A stretch of DNA of 64,000 bases, from contig OX597817.1 of NCBI GenBank assembly GCA_951406725.2, forward strand, positions 148,862,001 through 148,926,000. The letters are read 5' to 3'. The notes beneath the pieces were generated by a model. The model had not been told where the DNA came from. It saw only the letters and a program-made list of their open reading frames with translations, and ran no database searches. This document shows positions 38,792 to 52,492 of the stretch, piece after piece. Origin of the DNA: Octopus vulgaris (Eukaryota). The number at the start of each line of letters is the position of its first letter. The first letter of the stretch is position 1. A program made the position numbers and the translations under genes.

Positions 38792-39335
38792 TTTCATACA
38801 GATCATAAAGTTCTCTGTTTGATTCTAGATAGATTTCGGTTTACTGACATTTAATCTAATCGTTGGTGCACAAGGGAAGTTCTATGTATGTCCTGCAGAA
38901 CCAGCCAAGCATTCGCCAAAGGTCTTGGTGCGGTTTCATGAGGAAAGTCATAAATACTTAAATGATAGAAAATGGGGCGATCCCAGAGTACCATAACAAT
39001 AGTAAAGAATCACTGAATAGTCGACGTGATCTGTCTCATGTCAATGATAAACTGGGTAAGAAATCGCAACAAGGCCATTGGCGACTGTTTGGGTGGTTCT
39101 GCAGGACACACATAGTACTTAACTGGGCTACATATGCACTACCGGTTAGACTAAATGTCACTAAACCGAAATCTATCTGGAACCGAATAGAGAACTTTAT
39201 GATTTGTATGAAAGCGAGTAGCATTATACATTTAAGATTATTATTATGCTAGTTGCTTGTGGAATATGCATTGTCGACCATTCAGTGATTCTTTACTATT
39301 GTTAACATACTCCGGGATCGCCCCCTTTTCCATCA
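38792..39335. repeat. Interleaved inverted repeats (A-B-A'-B')
   Basis: 38792-38937 is inverted at 39060-39213; 38963-39024 is inverted at 39273-39335; copies are diverged. Confidence 0.8.
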
Positions 39336-40417
39336 CCTTTATTTAATATATTTTCCTTTTAATTCATAGAAAATGGCGTTAGATTTAGTGTCTGTTCATC
39401 GATGTTCTCTTTGAATACTAAACTTCTATAGGATATTTGCATTGGCATTTTCTATGACAAATGAAGACTGCTATGAATACCAGAGTTCCTTTTTATTTCT
39501 ATATTCTCCTCACTGAGATGCTGGTTTGTCTTACCAAGAAAATGTACAGCATCTTGAATGCTTTGTTGTGCTTCGAAGTTTATATTCAAGGAACAAATGC
39601 TAGAATTCTGGTGTATTGTTTCGAAAAATAGACTACATTGCTAACATCTCATTTCTATGTTACAAGAACTATAGTAATTTTCTAAATTTGACTTGTTACC
39701 TAGCAGTGACAGGATATACCAGCATAGCAAAATAATTTTTCTTCCACCTCTCTATTCAGGGTCAGTTATTTACATATGTTGGGCGCTTAGTTCCAACAAA
39801 TATTGATGATGTAGGATTAAATCATTATGATTGTTCCCTGTGGTTGTCACATATAATATTGAGATACCCACGTTTACTAATACCTCAGCTTCAGAGAGTA
39901 TATTCTCAAAATCTGTGCTAACTTTTTTGAGAAATGTTGTTACTGTAATGGTAATATATTTAGCGTTGTATCTCGGGGATGGCGAATGTGCCAATAATGA
40001 ATACACGCATTTGTTATAAGTTACACCTTTACACCAATTGACAAATAAAATTGAAAATGTGAAATGGAACCAAATTGTCTTTATTATTGCCATATCTACC
40101 CTCCCGAGATGCAACAAAATCTGTCTCAACACACCAGTTCTTATCAAGTATCTTGGCAAATCCAATACGATTCCGAGTCGGTTTACTACACATTTTCACC
40201 ACGCTCATTGAAAGTACAAATAGGGAACTCTATTATTCTTTGAGGGCTAAAAAAGTAATTAAATTTCTTACAGATCACAATTTACCATTTTATAAGATAC
40301 CCATTAAAGAATTTATCCCAGGGTAGACTATACTCATCAAGACTAGAATGATTTACATAGTTAGTTTACTCAATAGCGACTCGCCAGAAACTGAACAGCG
40401 AGGGCACCAAAAATAAT

Positions 40418-42300
40418 CCTTTATTCTAGAGGAACAAGGCCTGGAATTTTCTAGGGGTGAGACGTAATTAATTACATCGACTCCAGTGTCAACTGATACT
40501 TATTTCATCGATCCAAAAAGGATGAGATGCAAAGTCAACCTCGGTGGAATTTGAACTAAGAGACGAACGAAATGTTCTTAATTATTTTGTCCGGTGGGTT
40601 AATGACCCTATACCCAACCGATTACAGGAAGACAACATGAACAACTCCCTAGACAGAATGCTTTGTGACATTAAATTCTGTTGATTTGAAGAAGATATTG
40701 AATAAGTTAAAGCACAAGAAAACTCAGCAGGTGGTCCATGTGATGAATTTATGCCTAGGCGAATTAAACAAAAAGACATAAACGAACCATAATACTACTT
40801 AAAAATGAATGTTTAATATTTACTTCAAATGTCTTCTCGTTGCCCAGTTAACTGTTCATCTTATCCGTTACTTTTAGACTAAAGACAGGTACCAATTTAT
40901 CTAAATAATATAGTGTAGAAGTTGATGTTATGAATAGTTGGCCATAGGGAGATAAGAACAGAGGAACAACGTTGCCATTAAATATATCGTCGAGAAATAA
41001 TAAAATTATTACAACTGTAGTAATATAATCCTTTCTACTGGAGGCACAAGGCCTCAAATTTGGGGGTAAGGGATTAAGTTGATTACATCGACCCCAGTGC
41101 ATAACTGATACTAATTTAACGACTGGGCAGAAATTGAGCTCAGAACGTAACGGCAGACGAAATACCTATTTCTTTAATACCCACAAGGGGCTAAACACAG
41201 AGGGGATAAACAAGGACAGACAAACGGATTAAGTCGATTACATCGACCTCAGTGCGTAACTGGTACTTATTTAATCGACCCCGAAAGGGTGAAAGGCAAA
41301 GTTGACTTCGGCGGAATGTGAACTCGGAACATAGCGGCAGAGGATTGCTAACGTACTGCTAAGGATTTCGCCCAGCTTGTTAACGATTGTGCCAGTTCAC
41401 CGCTTTGGTATGAATATATATTCTTTTCTACCCCAGGTACAAGGCCCGAAATTTTGGGGAAGGGAGCCAGTCGATTAGATCGACCCCAGTACACAACTGT
41501 TACTTAATTTATCGACCCCGAATGGAGGAAAGGCAAATTTGACCTCGGCGAAATTTGAACTCAGAACATAAAGACAGACGAAATACCGCTAAGCATTTCC
41601 CTCGGATTGCTAACGATTCTGCCAGCTTGACGCCCTGAACTGTAATAAAACAATATTAATATTAAGGTAGAGGATTGGCAGGACCTTTTGAACATCGGAT
41701 AAAATGCCAGTCTTTTCACCAACTGAACTGATATTCCTTCAAGTTCAACTTTGGCTTTCATTCGTTTCGTGTCCATTACCTAGTGTACCAGTAAAGTACT
41801 GGAGTCGATATAAACGACTCAGCTCACTCCCACTGAAAATTTCTGTTTTTGTGCTTAAATTACAATCAGTTGTTTTTTTGCTATAATAAGTCGGCAAGCT
41901 GGCAGAATCGTTAGCACGTCGGGCGAAATGCTTAACGTTATCTCGTCTGCCGTTACGTTCAGAGTTCAAATTCCGCCGAGGTCGACCTTTTATCCTTTAA
42001 GGGTCGATGAAATAAATACCAGTTGTGTACTGAGGTCGATATAATTGACCCATCTGCTCCCCAAAAATTGCTGCCTTTGTGGCAAAGTTTGAACCCATTA
42101 TTTATGTTATACTATAAAGACAAGCTGGTCGATTCGTTGGCGATTCAGACAAAGTTCTATGCGGTAATTGCTTCAACTACCTTGCATTCAGAGTTCAAAT
42201 CCCGTCGTGTCTAACCTTGCCTTGCATTCTTTCGCTCTCATTGAATTAAAATACCAGTCTATTACTGGAGCTGGTATCACATACCCTCACCTTCATCTAA
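40418..42300. mobile_element. Cluster of SINE family B copies (minus: 40418-40600 and tandem array 41025-41635; plus: 41665-42300)
   Basis: Repeated ATCGACCCCAGT / AAAGGCAAAGT.GACCTCGGCG motifs and their reverse complements. Confidence 0.8.
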
Positions 42301-44320
42301 GATTGCTACTCTTCAAGTCAACTTAGACACAATTATTATTTCATGTGTAAAACATCAATAGAATGGAATAGAAATTGTTCCTGATATAGGCACAAGACCA
42401 GAAACGGAGTCGATACCATTCACGCTGATCTTTAATGGCACTTTTTTCATCCACTCCAGAGGAATAAATGGTAATATTGACTTCTGATTTGATGACAGAA
42501 CCTACAGAGAGGGGGAAAATACTGCAAGGCATTTTTTACTATGCTCTATGAATTACTGTTAACTTACTGCCTTATTATAATGTAAATAGTGCGTTCAATT
42601 ATCTTCGAAAACACTGCATAGGACCCACACAAAAAATATATGACATTCTTCACTCCGTGCTGTATGTTTCGATATAGGAAATGCGAACATTCTCTTAAGT
42701 AGATCTCACAAATTTAAGTCGTAAAACTGAGGCAACCCTTGCTGTAGCCGATATATTGAGGCATTGCTCGGTAGAGGATTAATTTCTTGCCTTACATCAG
42801 AAATCCACAACCAGGTTTATGATGTGGTAGGAACCAATAGATGTTGGAATGTTTTGATAGGTTCTTCCTGCAAATCAATGTTATATAAAAATTTTCGAAA
42901 AAAATCTAAAACTTTGTTTAATATACAGAATTACGTTGTTTCTAAGTGAACGTCTATGTACTTACATTATCTGCATCTCAATCGGAGAACAAATAAATTA
43001 TCACATTTTAGAAGATAACTTCAGCAAGAGATTAGAAACCTGGATTTACTTGCTGTCAGAGGAAAATTACGGCGACACCCTTTCATGAAAATGAATTCAA
43101 AGAACGAAAACAAATATTAGACGAGAAAATTTTAAATAAATCTAAATTGAATAAATTACCGTTGTTAGTGTTCCTTATCAGACGTAGATGTCTTCAAACA
43201 GGTTTCGCTTTTGTTGTGTGTGTTTTATTAGATGTTTTCTTTTAGACTGATTTAATAGAGGAATATTCATCAAGATAAAGGCATAGACATGATGTAGTCA
43301 GTTGTTCATTATGTCCCACCACGAAATCTAACGTTTAACTTCACTGACATCTAAAACAGATAAATCCATTTAATTCAATGTTGTAGACTTAGAAAATTTG
43401 TCAGTGTCAGTGAACAGAGGATATGCATTAAGTAGCATATGTCATGTATCGCCATTGCAATCACCTCTGCCACCGCAAAAACATCATCACAACCACCACA
43501 AACGCCACAAACATTCCCTCCTCCCCTCTCTCTTCGCCAACAATCCACCACTACTACTACCACCACCACCACCACCACCACCACTACCCAGCTGGCTTAG
43601 TTTATGAAACCGTCCATTTAATCGATACCGAAATATCCAGACGTCGTGACGTGACGAAACTGTGAGGAAATGACGCGCAAACATTCCAGTTCCTTGCCGC
43701 CTGACTGGCACCTACTATTTTCGCAAGCATTCTCTCATTTCTAGCTTGTTCGTTCGACATTCATATCTCTTCGGTTTAATAATTCATCCTTTCTTTCTTA
43801 CTTTTTTATTCTTTCCTCTCTTTCTCTGCTCCTCCAATCTAATGATATATTAAATTTCTTTGTTAATATTTTTCATTTTTATCTTTCCTTTGTTATAATA
43901 TTTGGCGTATATTCTCCTTTGTTTTTATCCAGCTTTTCTTCCTACAATTTATTATATTTATTCTAATATTTTCCTTCTCATTCTACCAGCTGCCATATTA
44001 TCGCCGCGTCTGCTTAATAATGAGTTGTGTTCTCTGTGGATTTTATGTATTTATTATTTTGGTTCATATTTATTCCGTTTTTGTTTCACAGCCTCTGTCC
44101 CTCTACTGCGACCAGTTATTGTTGTTTTAGACACACAATCTCTTATTGTTATAATATTCATATCGGCTGCTATTTTGTTTTAATATCAACCTCACTTTCT
44201 AAACGTCTATTTAGTTATTTATCTAATATAGACATGGTTATTGTGTGCGTTTATACATATACATATATATGTGTCTGTGTGTGTGTGTATGCATATATGT
44301 ATGTGTGTATATATGTATGC

Positions 44321-44356
<36 letters not shown>

Positions 44357-44497
44357 ATGTAATATGTATACATATATATATGTGTGTGTATGTATATATA
44401 AATATACACACATATATAATTATATATTTACACATATATATATAATTATATATATGCTTACATACATACATAAATTACACACACATACACCCACACA

Positions 44498-44539
<42 letters not shown>

Positions 44540-46465
44540 TTACATATATTGTAAAATATAACATCGTAATTAATGTGTTGTGGAATGTGTTAGTCAAAAC
44601 CTACTTCTAGTTTGGGTGTGATATTAATATTTTCGTTATTTGCACATGGCCTAAATGTGGAGAGAACGGATATAGACAATTAACAATTGCAGGTATATTA
44701 TTTGTTAATTTATCGGCCATTAAACTGGGCAGAAGAGACAACAGAACTTCCTTTAGATTTGAACTTTGTGTATTGAGAAATGATAACAAATAACCTCAGA
44801 GAATTAGTATGAACCTAGCATACTTTTTATCTTTCATGAAAATAATGATTGCACGCAACTACGATAGTCAAAATCCCACATATTTAGAGAGTAAACATTT
44901 GAATAGCGGAAGGAACCGACCCTAGAAATCTTCTGAACCGCCCTAAATTTTTTTGTCGTCCTTTTAACGCCTCGGTTGCAGGGAGCCCTCAGATGGGTCT
45001 TGCGACTATAAGCATAAAATATTAGGGCCTCTACTTTTAATCGTTACTATCAGTGTTCGATTCTTGCGCCGACGAATGCGCACGCTTCGGGAAATTTTTT
45101 TAAAAACTTTTTTGGGCGGTTTTTGTAGCTTTTGTGGCTTTTGTGGCTTTGCATGATCATTCAGTTTCTCCAGTCCACTCTGGCAACTACCGCATATCGG
45201 GCCTCGTCACTACTTTTTTCGCAATCAATTAATATTGTGCCAAAACTACGATAATAACCAAGAGTTTATTACCTCGGCAGCGCCTTTAAATTTCGTCCTG
45301 GTGTTACGTTAAAAAATATACTGAACCGTAAATGTATGGGTGGTTTTGGTTCTTATCACTGCATTTTGTCACATTACTTTGTCTGATTGCGGCCGTTGTC
45401 TGAGTCAAGCCTCATTACGGCCTTTGTTTGATTACGGCTTCAATGCCGAAACACAGGCAGAGTAACACATGTTTCACATGTTGCCTGGATGATTACTGTC
45501 TCATACTTTGGCTAGAACTTATTTCAACATATTTTTAGAGGGTACATAGAAGGCCACTCCTATTTCAGTGACGAACATGTGTACCAACGTTTTTCTTTAC
45601 CACTTTTTGGAAAAAATAAATTCTTGAATAAAAGAGAGAGTTTTGGTAATAAAGTTCTGCCGAACTTCGGTTTCCAAGAGGAAAATACCAAACTCAATTT
45701 GTTTCCTGTTTGATGCGACGTTTGCAAACGTGGATAAAACCATGTTGCCGCTATAGTACTTTTGTTTTTTGCAAGAATTTTTATATAAACTGGTATTTAT
45801 AAGAGACAGCTGATACATCATCTTGCTTTTTATATGTTCCTATTTTCATTTATGATATTTTCCAGTTTTATGTTTGTTACCAATGTAAAACCTTTTACGT
45901 ATTTATTTTATTTGTTGCATTTATTTCTTCCGCTGGAGAAGGTTTCTGCTTGACATTTTGTTTAGATTGTCGGCTCCAAGAAGGTTATTTTTAGAAACCA
46001 TTTTTTTCCATAAATATTACAAGAAGCAAACGAAAATTCTCACACCTTTGACTAAAAAGATATACTCGGTGCACGAAGACATTAATACTAATCTAATTTT
46101 TGAAAAACGCGAAAAATTGTATCCATTGACCGAAACAAAAAATGTCTTACGAAGGTAAGAAACATGAAAATCAGAAAGAAAACATCATCATCAGCAACAA
46201 TAGCATTAATAATACTCTTTTTTTCCCACAGGGATTCCAAGAACAGAGGAGCAGCAAAAAACACAAGGTATATCCGAGTGGTATTCACATAAAGCGTTTA
46301 AATCTGATATGAAAATGCTAGATTCTCAGAGAAATGATTCGTTAACAGTGGTAATTGCTTGAAGGCAGTCAAAGAAATTCCATAAAATCAAAATCGTTCT
46401 GACATTCAAGTGTTAGGGTTTTCTGCACACACATATCCCCCAGACATATGTTCGAAAAGCCCCGT

Positions 46466-47560
46466 TTACATTTCGCCTTTCATGAAATTTAGTGGAGACA
46501 GTACCTTTGTTTCCATTCTCATACGCCTTGCTGAGTGAATCAGGGAAAAGTTAATGTGAGTGTAACCAAACAGGTCTATGTCTCTCTTCAAGTTTTTCAG
46601 TCTTATCCTTCGCACAGCTCCCTTCACAGCTACCACTAAAAAGAAACTTGCCTGTCCTTTCATGCCAAAGAAATGCAACGAGTTAGTCTTTATAACAGAC
46701 ACATTTGATAGATGACACTGACAGCGTTCCATCCAGAAGAAGCCGAAGATTAGTTGCTTCAATCTGATCCGATGGACACTAAGACAAATCACGATGGTCA
46801 CGTGATAATATATAACAGCGTTTATATATGCCTTCAACACCTCTTCTCGATATTTCATGGATGGCATATGGGTTTTTCAGCCCATGTTTTGGGGAGTCTG
46901 ACCATGCTGCTAGCAACCCCGTTCCATTTTCTGAGACTGAAACACACCCCAAACCAATCAGCTTCACTCTGACCAGTGCTCCACGACTCCGTCAGACAAA
47001 ATGGACCTGCTTCTCCAGGCACCAAGCTGCAAACCCACCTGTATATCTGACTTAATTTGTGCCTCTATTAAGGCCTCATATTCCTTAGAATGGTGCCGAC
47101 CACCTCTACATCTGCGCCGTCCGACAAATTGTGGTGAATCGTCTGCATATACGGAATTATCTCACCTACATCATACGTTAAACGGGTGCACCTCAAACAC
47201 TTCAGTGGCAGAAAGATGGCTAAAGAACCAATCAATGCAGAATGGGGGTCATATACAGAGTGAGCGCTCATTGTCTCAAATGGTGTGGTAAAACACCATT
47301 TACTTTGACTAGTGAGACGACACCGCTGTGCATTACAGTCTGTTAACTGGGCGGAAACCGATCGCCTTCAGAAAAGCTGGCAAATAGCAATGATTGATGC
47401 TAGCGAAAGGTTTCAATTGATCTATTGTGATCTGAGGTTCATCAAAGTTAGGTTATCATATGCGTTCATAGTCACTGTGGATAGATCTGGACTGGACTGC
47501 GAATATCTGCGTTTCCTGACCACACCTAGTAGCCGTCTCTTTTTCTATTAATCCTATCTA
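46466..47560 (-). pseudogene. Decayed L1/Tx1-type LINE ORF2 reverse transcriptase
   Basis: Minus-strand segments in the expected order: QETQIFAVQSRSIH, IDQLKPFASINHCYLPAFLKAIGF (cf. LDQSKAFDRV.H), MHSGVVSLVKVNG, SVYADD (47138-47155), KEYEALIEAQIK..VGLQLGAWR, VKLIG, REEVLKAYINAVIYY..LIFGFFW. Confidence 0.85.
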
Positions 47561-48950
47561 ATTTAACCATACAAGTCGCGAATTTATGGTCTGTTGAGCC
47601 ACACTTCGAGATTAAAGATATTTTAAGCTGTCACTGTCCGATAACCTTACAAATATACTATCTAGATACATGATGTGGTTGCTTCATGACAGAAGCGCAC
47701 TTGAGTAATTCGGTCGATAGCTCTCACACATTTAGAACAGTTTGAGCAAGTTTGTCGGGCTTTCACATCTACTCTTATACCAGATACACCCACGCAGTAC
47801 TAGATGGCATCTACATAACACCGGACTTTCACTGGCACTAAAGAGCGGAACTTCCCCCAAGTATTTCCAGATGTCTGATGAAATCTGCCACACTGGTCAT
47901 ATCGGGTCACATAGTCCCTTATCCAAATGTACTATCTTCGCTTCTGCTCATGTCCAGAACTTCTGACATAGTATACGGGCCCGGGAACAATCTCCATAAC
48001 TCTTGATCTAAGCTTTCCGAAACAAATGTTACTGCGCCTTCTAATTCAGACTGACAAAAAATTATACGTACTTTGCATCGTTGGAGGCTCATGCCAGTGT
48101 GTGCGTCTACGAAATTCTTGTTCCTATTACATCTATATTTATTGACCTGAGATTGTTAACCAAATAGTATTGTTTCCAATGCGACTCCAGTTCATATATA
48201 TCTTACTCCCGTTTTGTGTAGGTTAATTGGATGAAAGTGGGATAAGACCTGGGATAAAAACAGTCACTTACCTCAAACTGGCGGTAAAGTGAGTAACCCA
48301 GTTTTTCCGGTAGCCTGAGGCTAATTAAAAACTCTCTCATATCCTTGAAGAAATACTAATCCATTAAACACTTCAGCTTTCGAGTTATCCATACATACCG
48401 AATATGTTGACTCTGATGAAGAGGAGATGAGAGATAAAATGTCGCATCAGAATGAGATAATGTTTGTATTTTGTTGTCGATGGGGTATACTATCGAAATA
48501 TTCTATGACCCATTCTGTTGTAGTTGCTGTTGCCATAGAGGTTCCAGCTATTGCTTTTACCTCTTTTGTTGATTATAATGCTTCAATTCTGAATGATACT
48601 GTTATTACTGATGAAGACGAATTTGCTATTATTCGTTGGGATCCTGATGTTGCTGGTTGAGATTTGTTTTTGATACTGCAACTGTTGCAGTCCTTGATTT
48701 TGTTGTGGTTACACATTGCTGTCGGTGTTGTAGCTTGTACTTGTGATCTGAGCTGTAGGGATTTGTTTTCACACACCGTTTGCTGTGGGATCCAGTGCGA
48801 CGTATGTCGCATCACATATTCCTACCTTCCGCTGCCATGCTGACCTCTACTGCAATATTGGTCAATACATCCGTCACTGATCAATAGATGCTTCTATCTG
48901 GCAGCACATCTTACCATCTTCTCGCTCGCCACGTGTCGACCGAGATTTTA
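47561..48950 (-). pseudogene. Probable upstream part (linker, endonuclease and ORF1 remnant) of the same LINE
   Basis: Contiguous with the RT; degenerate knuckle-like EGRNM*CDIRRTGSHSKRC near 48775-48835 followed by a low-complexity linker. Confidence 0.4.
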
Positions 48951-49859
48951 TAAAACTCTGCTTCCTCAAACTTCTCCAGGTCACGAAAGCGCAAGGAAGA
49001 AGGACAGAAAATAATAATCTGCAAATTCAAAAGATGAAGAAGTGGAATGAAAAAGCCAAACATAAAGGACTGAATATTATGCAGAAGAGGAAAAAGATAC
49101 GATGAAAATGAATAACAGTAACCAGCAGTTCGAGGAGAGAAGTTATGAGAATAAAATGACTTATGACTGACACAAATATCAAGGGGACGATGCTCCTGGG
49201 AAGAGAAGCAAGTGACTTTTTAAATGTCTTCTCCAAGGAAAATTGTCTAGAAAATTCATCTGGGCAATGGCCATGCAAAGATATAAGGAAAGTACATTTC
49301 GACGAGGAACCAAAGACTCTAATCTAGTAGAAAGAAGATATATAATAGTATAATGATTCCACAGCTTCTCCTAAAAGTTACTTGAGAGAAGTTGTAGAAT
49401 GGACTTTTATCTCGATCTTCGAGAGATTTCTGACGTCACCTGTTCAAGTGGATCTGCCTCGAATAATGATTGAACTCATAACACGTTTCGAGCATCTTTG
49501 TACATGGACATCCAACAGTCTACTTTTTAGTTCTATGTGTTGAGAGCTTATTGTAAACTTTATGTTTGTTCTATAATGTTTTTGGCTCGGCCCGATTTAC
49601 TTCCACCCTTCCTTCTTTCGTCAGTTTAATATTTTTCTTCAGTATCTCAGCAATTTCTGATAGCCTTGCTGCATTGCTAAATAAGTCAATCGTTGTAGAA
49701 GCTTGGATGCAGCACTTGCAGTTAATGCTAACATTGTTGCTAATGCCTTTGCTGTTTAGGAGGCCAGGGCCGCAGATCTTGTTGTGATTTTTGGCATTGC
49801 GAGAGATGGCGTGTCTCTGGCAGCGGTGAGATCTTATAACATTTCTCACTGCGGGAGAG

Positions 49860-50000
49860 GTGAAGTGGTGGTGGTGGTGGCGGCGGTGGCCCTGGTAGTG
49901 GTGATGGTATTATTGTTGGTGATGTCGATGGTGGTAGCGCTGGTCGTGGTGGCGGTGGTGGTGGCGGTAGTGGTGGTGCGATCTTTGATGATGGTGGTTA
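49860..50000. repeat. Degenerate (GGT)n trinucleotide repeat
   Basis: Directly visible; a similar (CAC)n tract is at 43545-43586. Confidence 0.85.
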
Positions 50001-50782
50001 TCCATGCCATGAGAGATTCCTTGTTTTCAACCGCGGCTGTGGGAACACTCCTAGTATTAATGAATGTGCACATGACATTTTTTATATTTGTTTGTTTGTT
50101 TCTTTGTTGTTGTTGTTGTTGTTGGATGTAATGTTTGCATTCGGCACACTTTTACAGAAGCTCTGAAATTCAGGAACTCGAGTGTTCGAAACGAGCTAAA
50201 AAAAATCTACGTGTGATGAACCATGCACTGGTACACGTGTCAATTTGATGCAGGACGTAAGGTAATGTGCAACACGAACATTTGATCCCAAATGTGCATG
50301 TTGTTGAGCAGAACTGTCTTTCGCGGATTCTGAACACTGCCATTACACTATAATTTTTCAAGATCTTCATTATAGGCAAAATATATATAATTGTTACGGT
50401 AAAAACTGTATATATAATTGTTACGGTAAAACTGTTTTCAACAGATTGCAGCACAGGGTCCAATGTTTAGATCTAAATGGTTCGCTAATTAAATTCTGCC
50501 ACGATTTGATGATATCGATTTAATATCAATATATAAACGCGCGCGCGCGCGCACGCATACATCGACATAGACACACACTCACAAGCACATACAATTTGCA
50601 TATATAACTATGCTTCTATATATATATATATAAGCAACGACCTCGAACTCACAAGAGTAAACAAGAGAGACAGAGAAAGGCAGAATCAAGGAAAATGCCA
50701 CTTATATTTGAACACTATACAAATATTCTTTTAAAAAAAAACTTTTCTTTTAATTTTTCTAAATTTAATTATTTAATTGTTA

Positions 50783-50818
50783 CAGTTGAAAAGGTCTCAA
50801 TGACTGAAACCGGTACTG
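50783..50818 (+). ncRNA. Minimal hammerhead motif, U3-A8 core variant
   Basis: CAG-TTGAAAA-GGTC-tcaat-GACT-GAAAC-CG-GTA-CTG with an ACCGGT palindrome; inside a (TA)n-flanked insert (about 50632-50905). Confidence 0.65.
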
Positions 50819-50900
50819 AAATGTTCTTTATAAAATTATTTTAGCATTTCTATTCTGACTTGTTTTTTCATATATATCAACTTGTGTGTTCCTTTTCATC

Positions 50901-50950
<50 letters not shown>

Positions 50951-50953
<3 letters not shown>

Positions 50954-51339
50954 TCTTTTACACTTGTTTCAGTCATTTGACTGTGGCCATGCTGGAGCAC
51001 CGCCTTTAATCGAGCAAATTGACCCCAGGACTTATTCTTTGGAAGCCTAGCACTTATTCTATCGGCCTCTTTTGCCTAACCGCTAAGTTACGGGGACGTA
51101 AACACACCAGGAACTGTTTTCAAGCACAGAGACACAAATAGATACGCACACATCCATATATATATATGCATATATACGACGGACTTCTTTCAGTTTCCGT
51201 CTACCAAATCCTCTCACAAGGCTTTGGTCGGCCCGAGGCTACAGTATAAGACTCTTGCCCAAGTTGCCATGAAGTAGGACTGAACCCGGAACCATGTGGT
51301 TCGTAAGCATGCTACTTACCACACATCCACTCCTACGCC
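50951..51339 (-). mobile_element. SINE family A, full length
   Basis: Tail CTCTTTTACACTTGTTTCAGTC through head CCACTCCTACGCC. Confidence 0.9.
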
Positions 51340-51433
51340 TATAAATACAAGCATATGTTTGTATTCATATATGTATAAATATATGTGTGTATATATATGT
51401 GTGTGTGTGTATGTGTATTCATAATTATTGTAT

Positions 51434-51475
<42 letters not shown>

Positions 51476-52103
51476 TATGCGGAATTGTGCTTTATGTCAC
51501 TGCAAATACCACGGGTCACTTCTCTCATTAGGAGATTAATCCCACGTTGGGAAAAGATCGTTGACGCTTGTTAGTTCTCAGTATGTAGTCAATATTTGCT
51601 CAATTTCGACATCAGGGGACTAACCTTCCGTTGCTGGCGTATGCATTACAATAATATTTTCAGTACTAACATTAGCAATATTGTTGACATTTACAAAAAA
51701 TGGCACATTAACGCGTCTGGCAAAGTTTCTTTTCTTAAAGCTGTTGATCCTGAATCGAACTTACGGCATCGCTGGTGATTTGATTCGAGGATAATTGAAA
51801 TATTAATACATGACATTAAACTAGGTGCAATGTATTTCATGCTTGAGTGATCACCTTAAACTGGAAAGAAGATACTTTAGCAAACCAGTAGGTTATTCTA
51901 TTGTGAGAAGATTACATTTCATTTATTACACTCGTTAAGGCTTCAACATCACAACTACTAGTCCCCTCTATAAAACTGAAAGTTTGTATAATAGAATGAT
52001 GCCTGAATTAATCGGTAAATTCCTAGACTCATAGGACCATAGTTATTCAGTTTCTGTGGTCGAGGTAGCAACTGTTTCCGTGAATGTGACGCTCGTCTGT
52101 CGC

Positions 52104-52492
52104 GGAGGCGCAATGGCCCAGTAGTTAGGGCAGTGGACTCGCGGTCATAGGATCGCAGTTTCGATTCCCAGACCGGGCGTTGTGAGTGTTTATTGAGCGA
52201 AAACACCTAAAGCTCCACGAGGCTCCTGCAGGGGATGGTGGTGATCCCTGCTGTACTCTTTCACCACAACCTTCTCTCACTCTTACTTCCTGTTTCTGTT
52301 GTACCTGTATTTCAAAGGACCGGCCTTGTCACTCTCTGTGTCACGCTGAATATCCCCGAGAACTACGTTAAGGGTACACGTGTCTGTGGAGTGCTCAGCC
52401 ACTTACACGTTTATTTCACGAGCAGGCTGTTCCGTTGATTCGGATCAACCGGAACCCTCGTCGTCGTAACCGATGGAGTGCTTCCATATCCA
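52104..52492 (+). mobile_element. SINE family C, full length with 9-bp TSD
   Basis: Near-identical to 22759-23140; GTCTGTCGC at 52095-52103 and 52493-52501. An older relative follows at about 52565-52820. Confidence 0.9.

Noticed and set aside
47640-47960. Possible LTR-retrotransposon motifs (YLDSI; WIRDYVTRYDQC) on the minus strand
   Set aside because: Wrong order for an LTR pol and contiguous with a clear LINE RT; treated as chance matches.
49020-49295. Faint RTE-like (SSGQWPC) and CR1-like traces; similar weak RT-like traces at 5124-5400 and 40075-40326
   Set aside because: Too degraded to support by eye; needs a translated profile search.
49571-49849. 92-aa ORF ending GRVEVNRAEPK, resembling an RRM end
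   Set aside because: No RNP1/RNP2 motifs or splice support.
49861-50060. Gly-rich or Val-rich reading frames
   Set aside because: Degenerate (GGT)n repeat without splice or start support.
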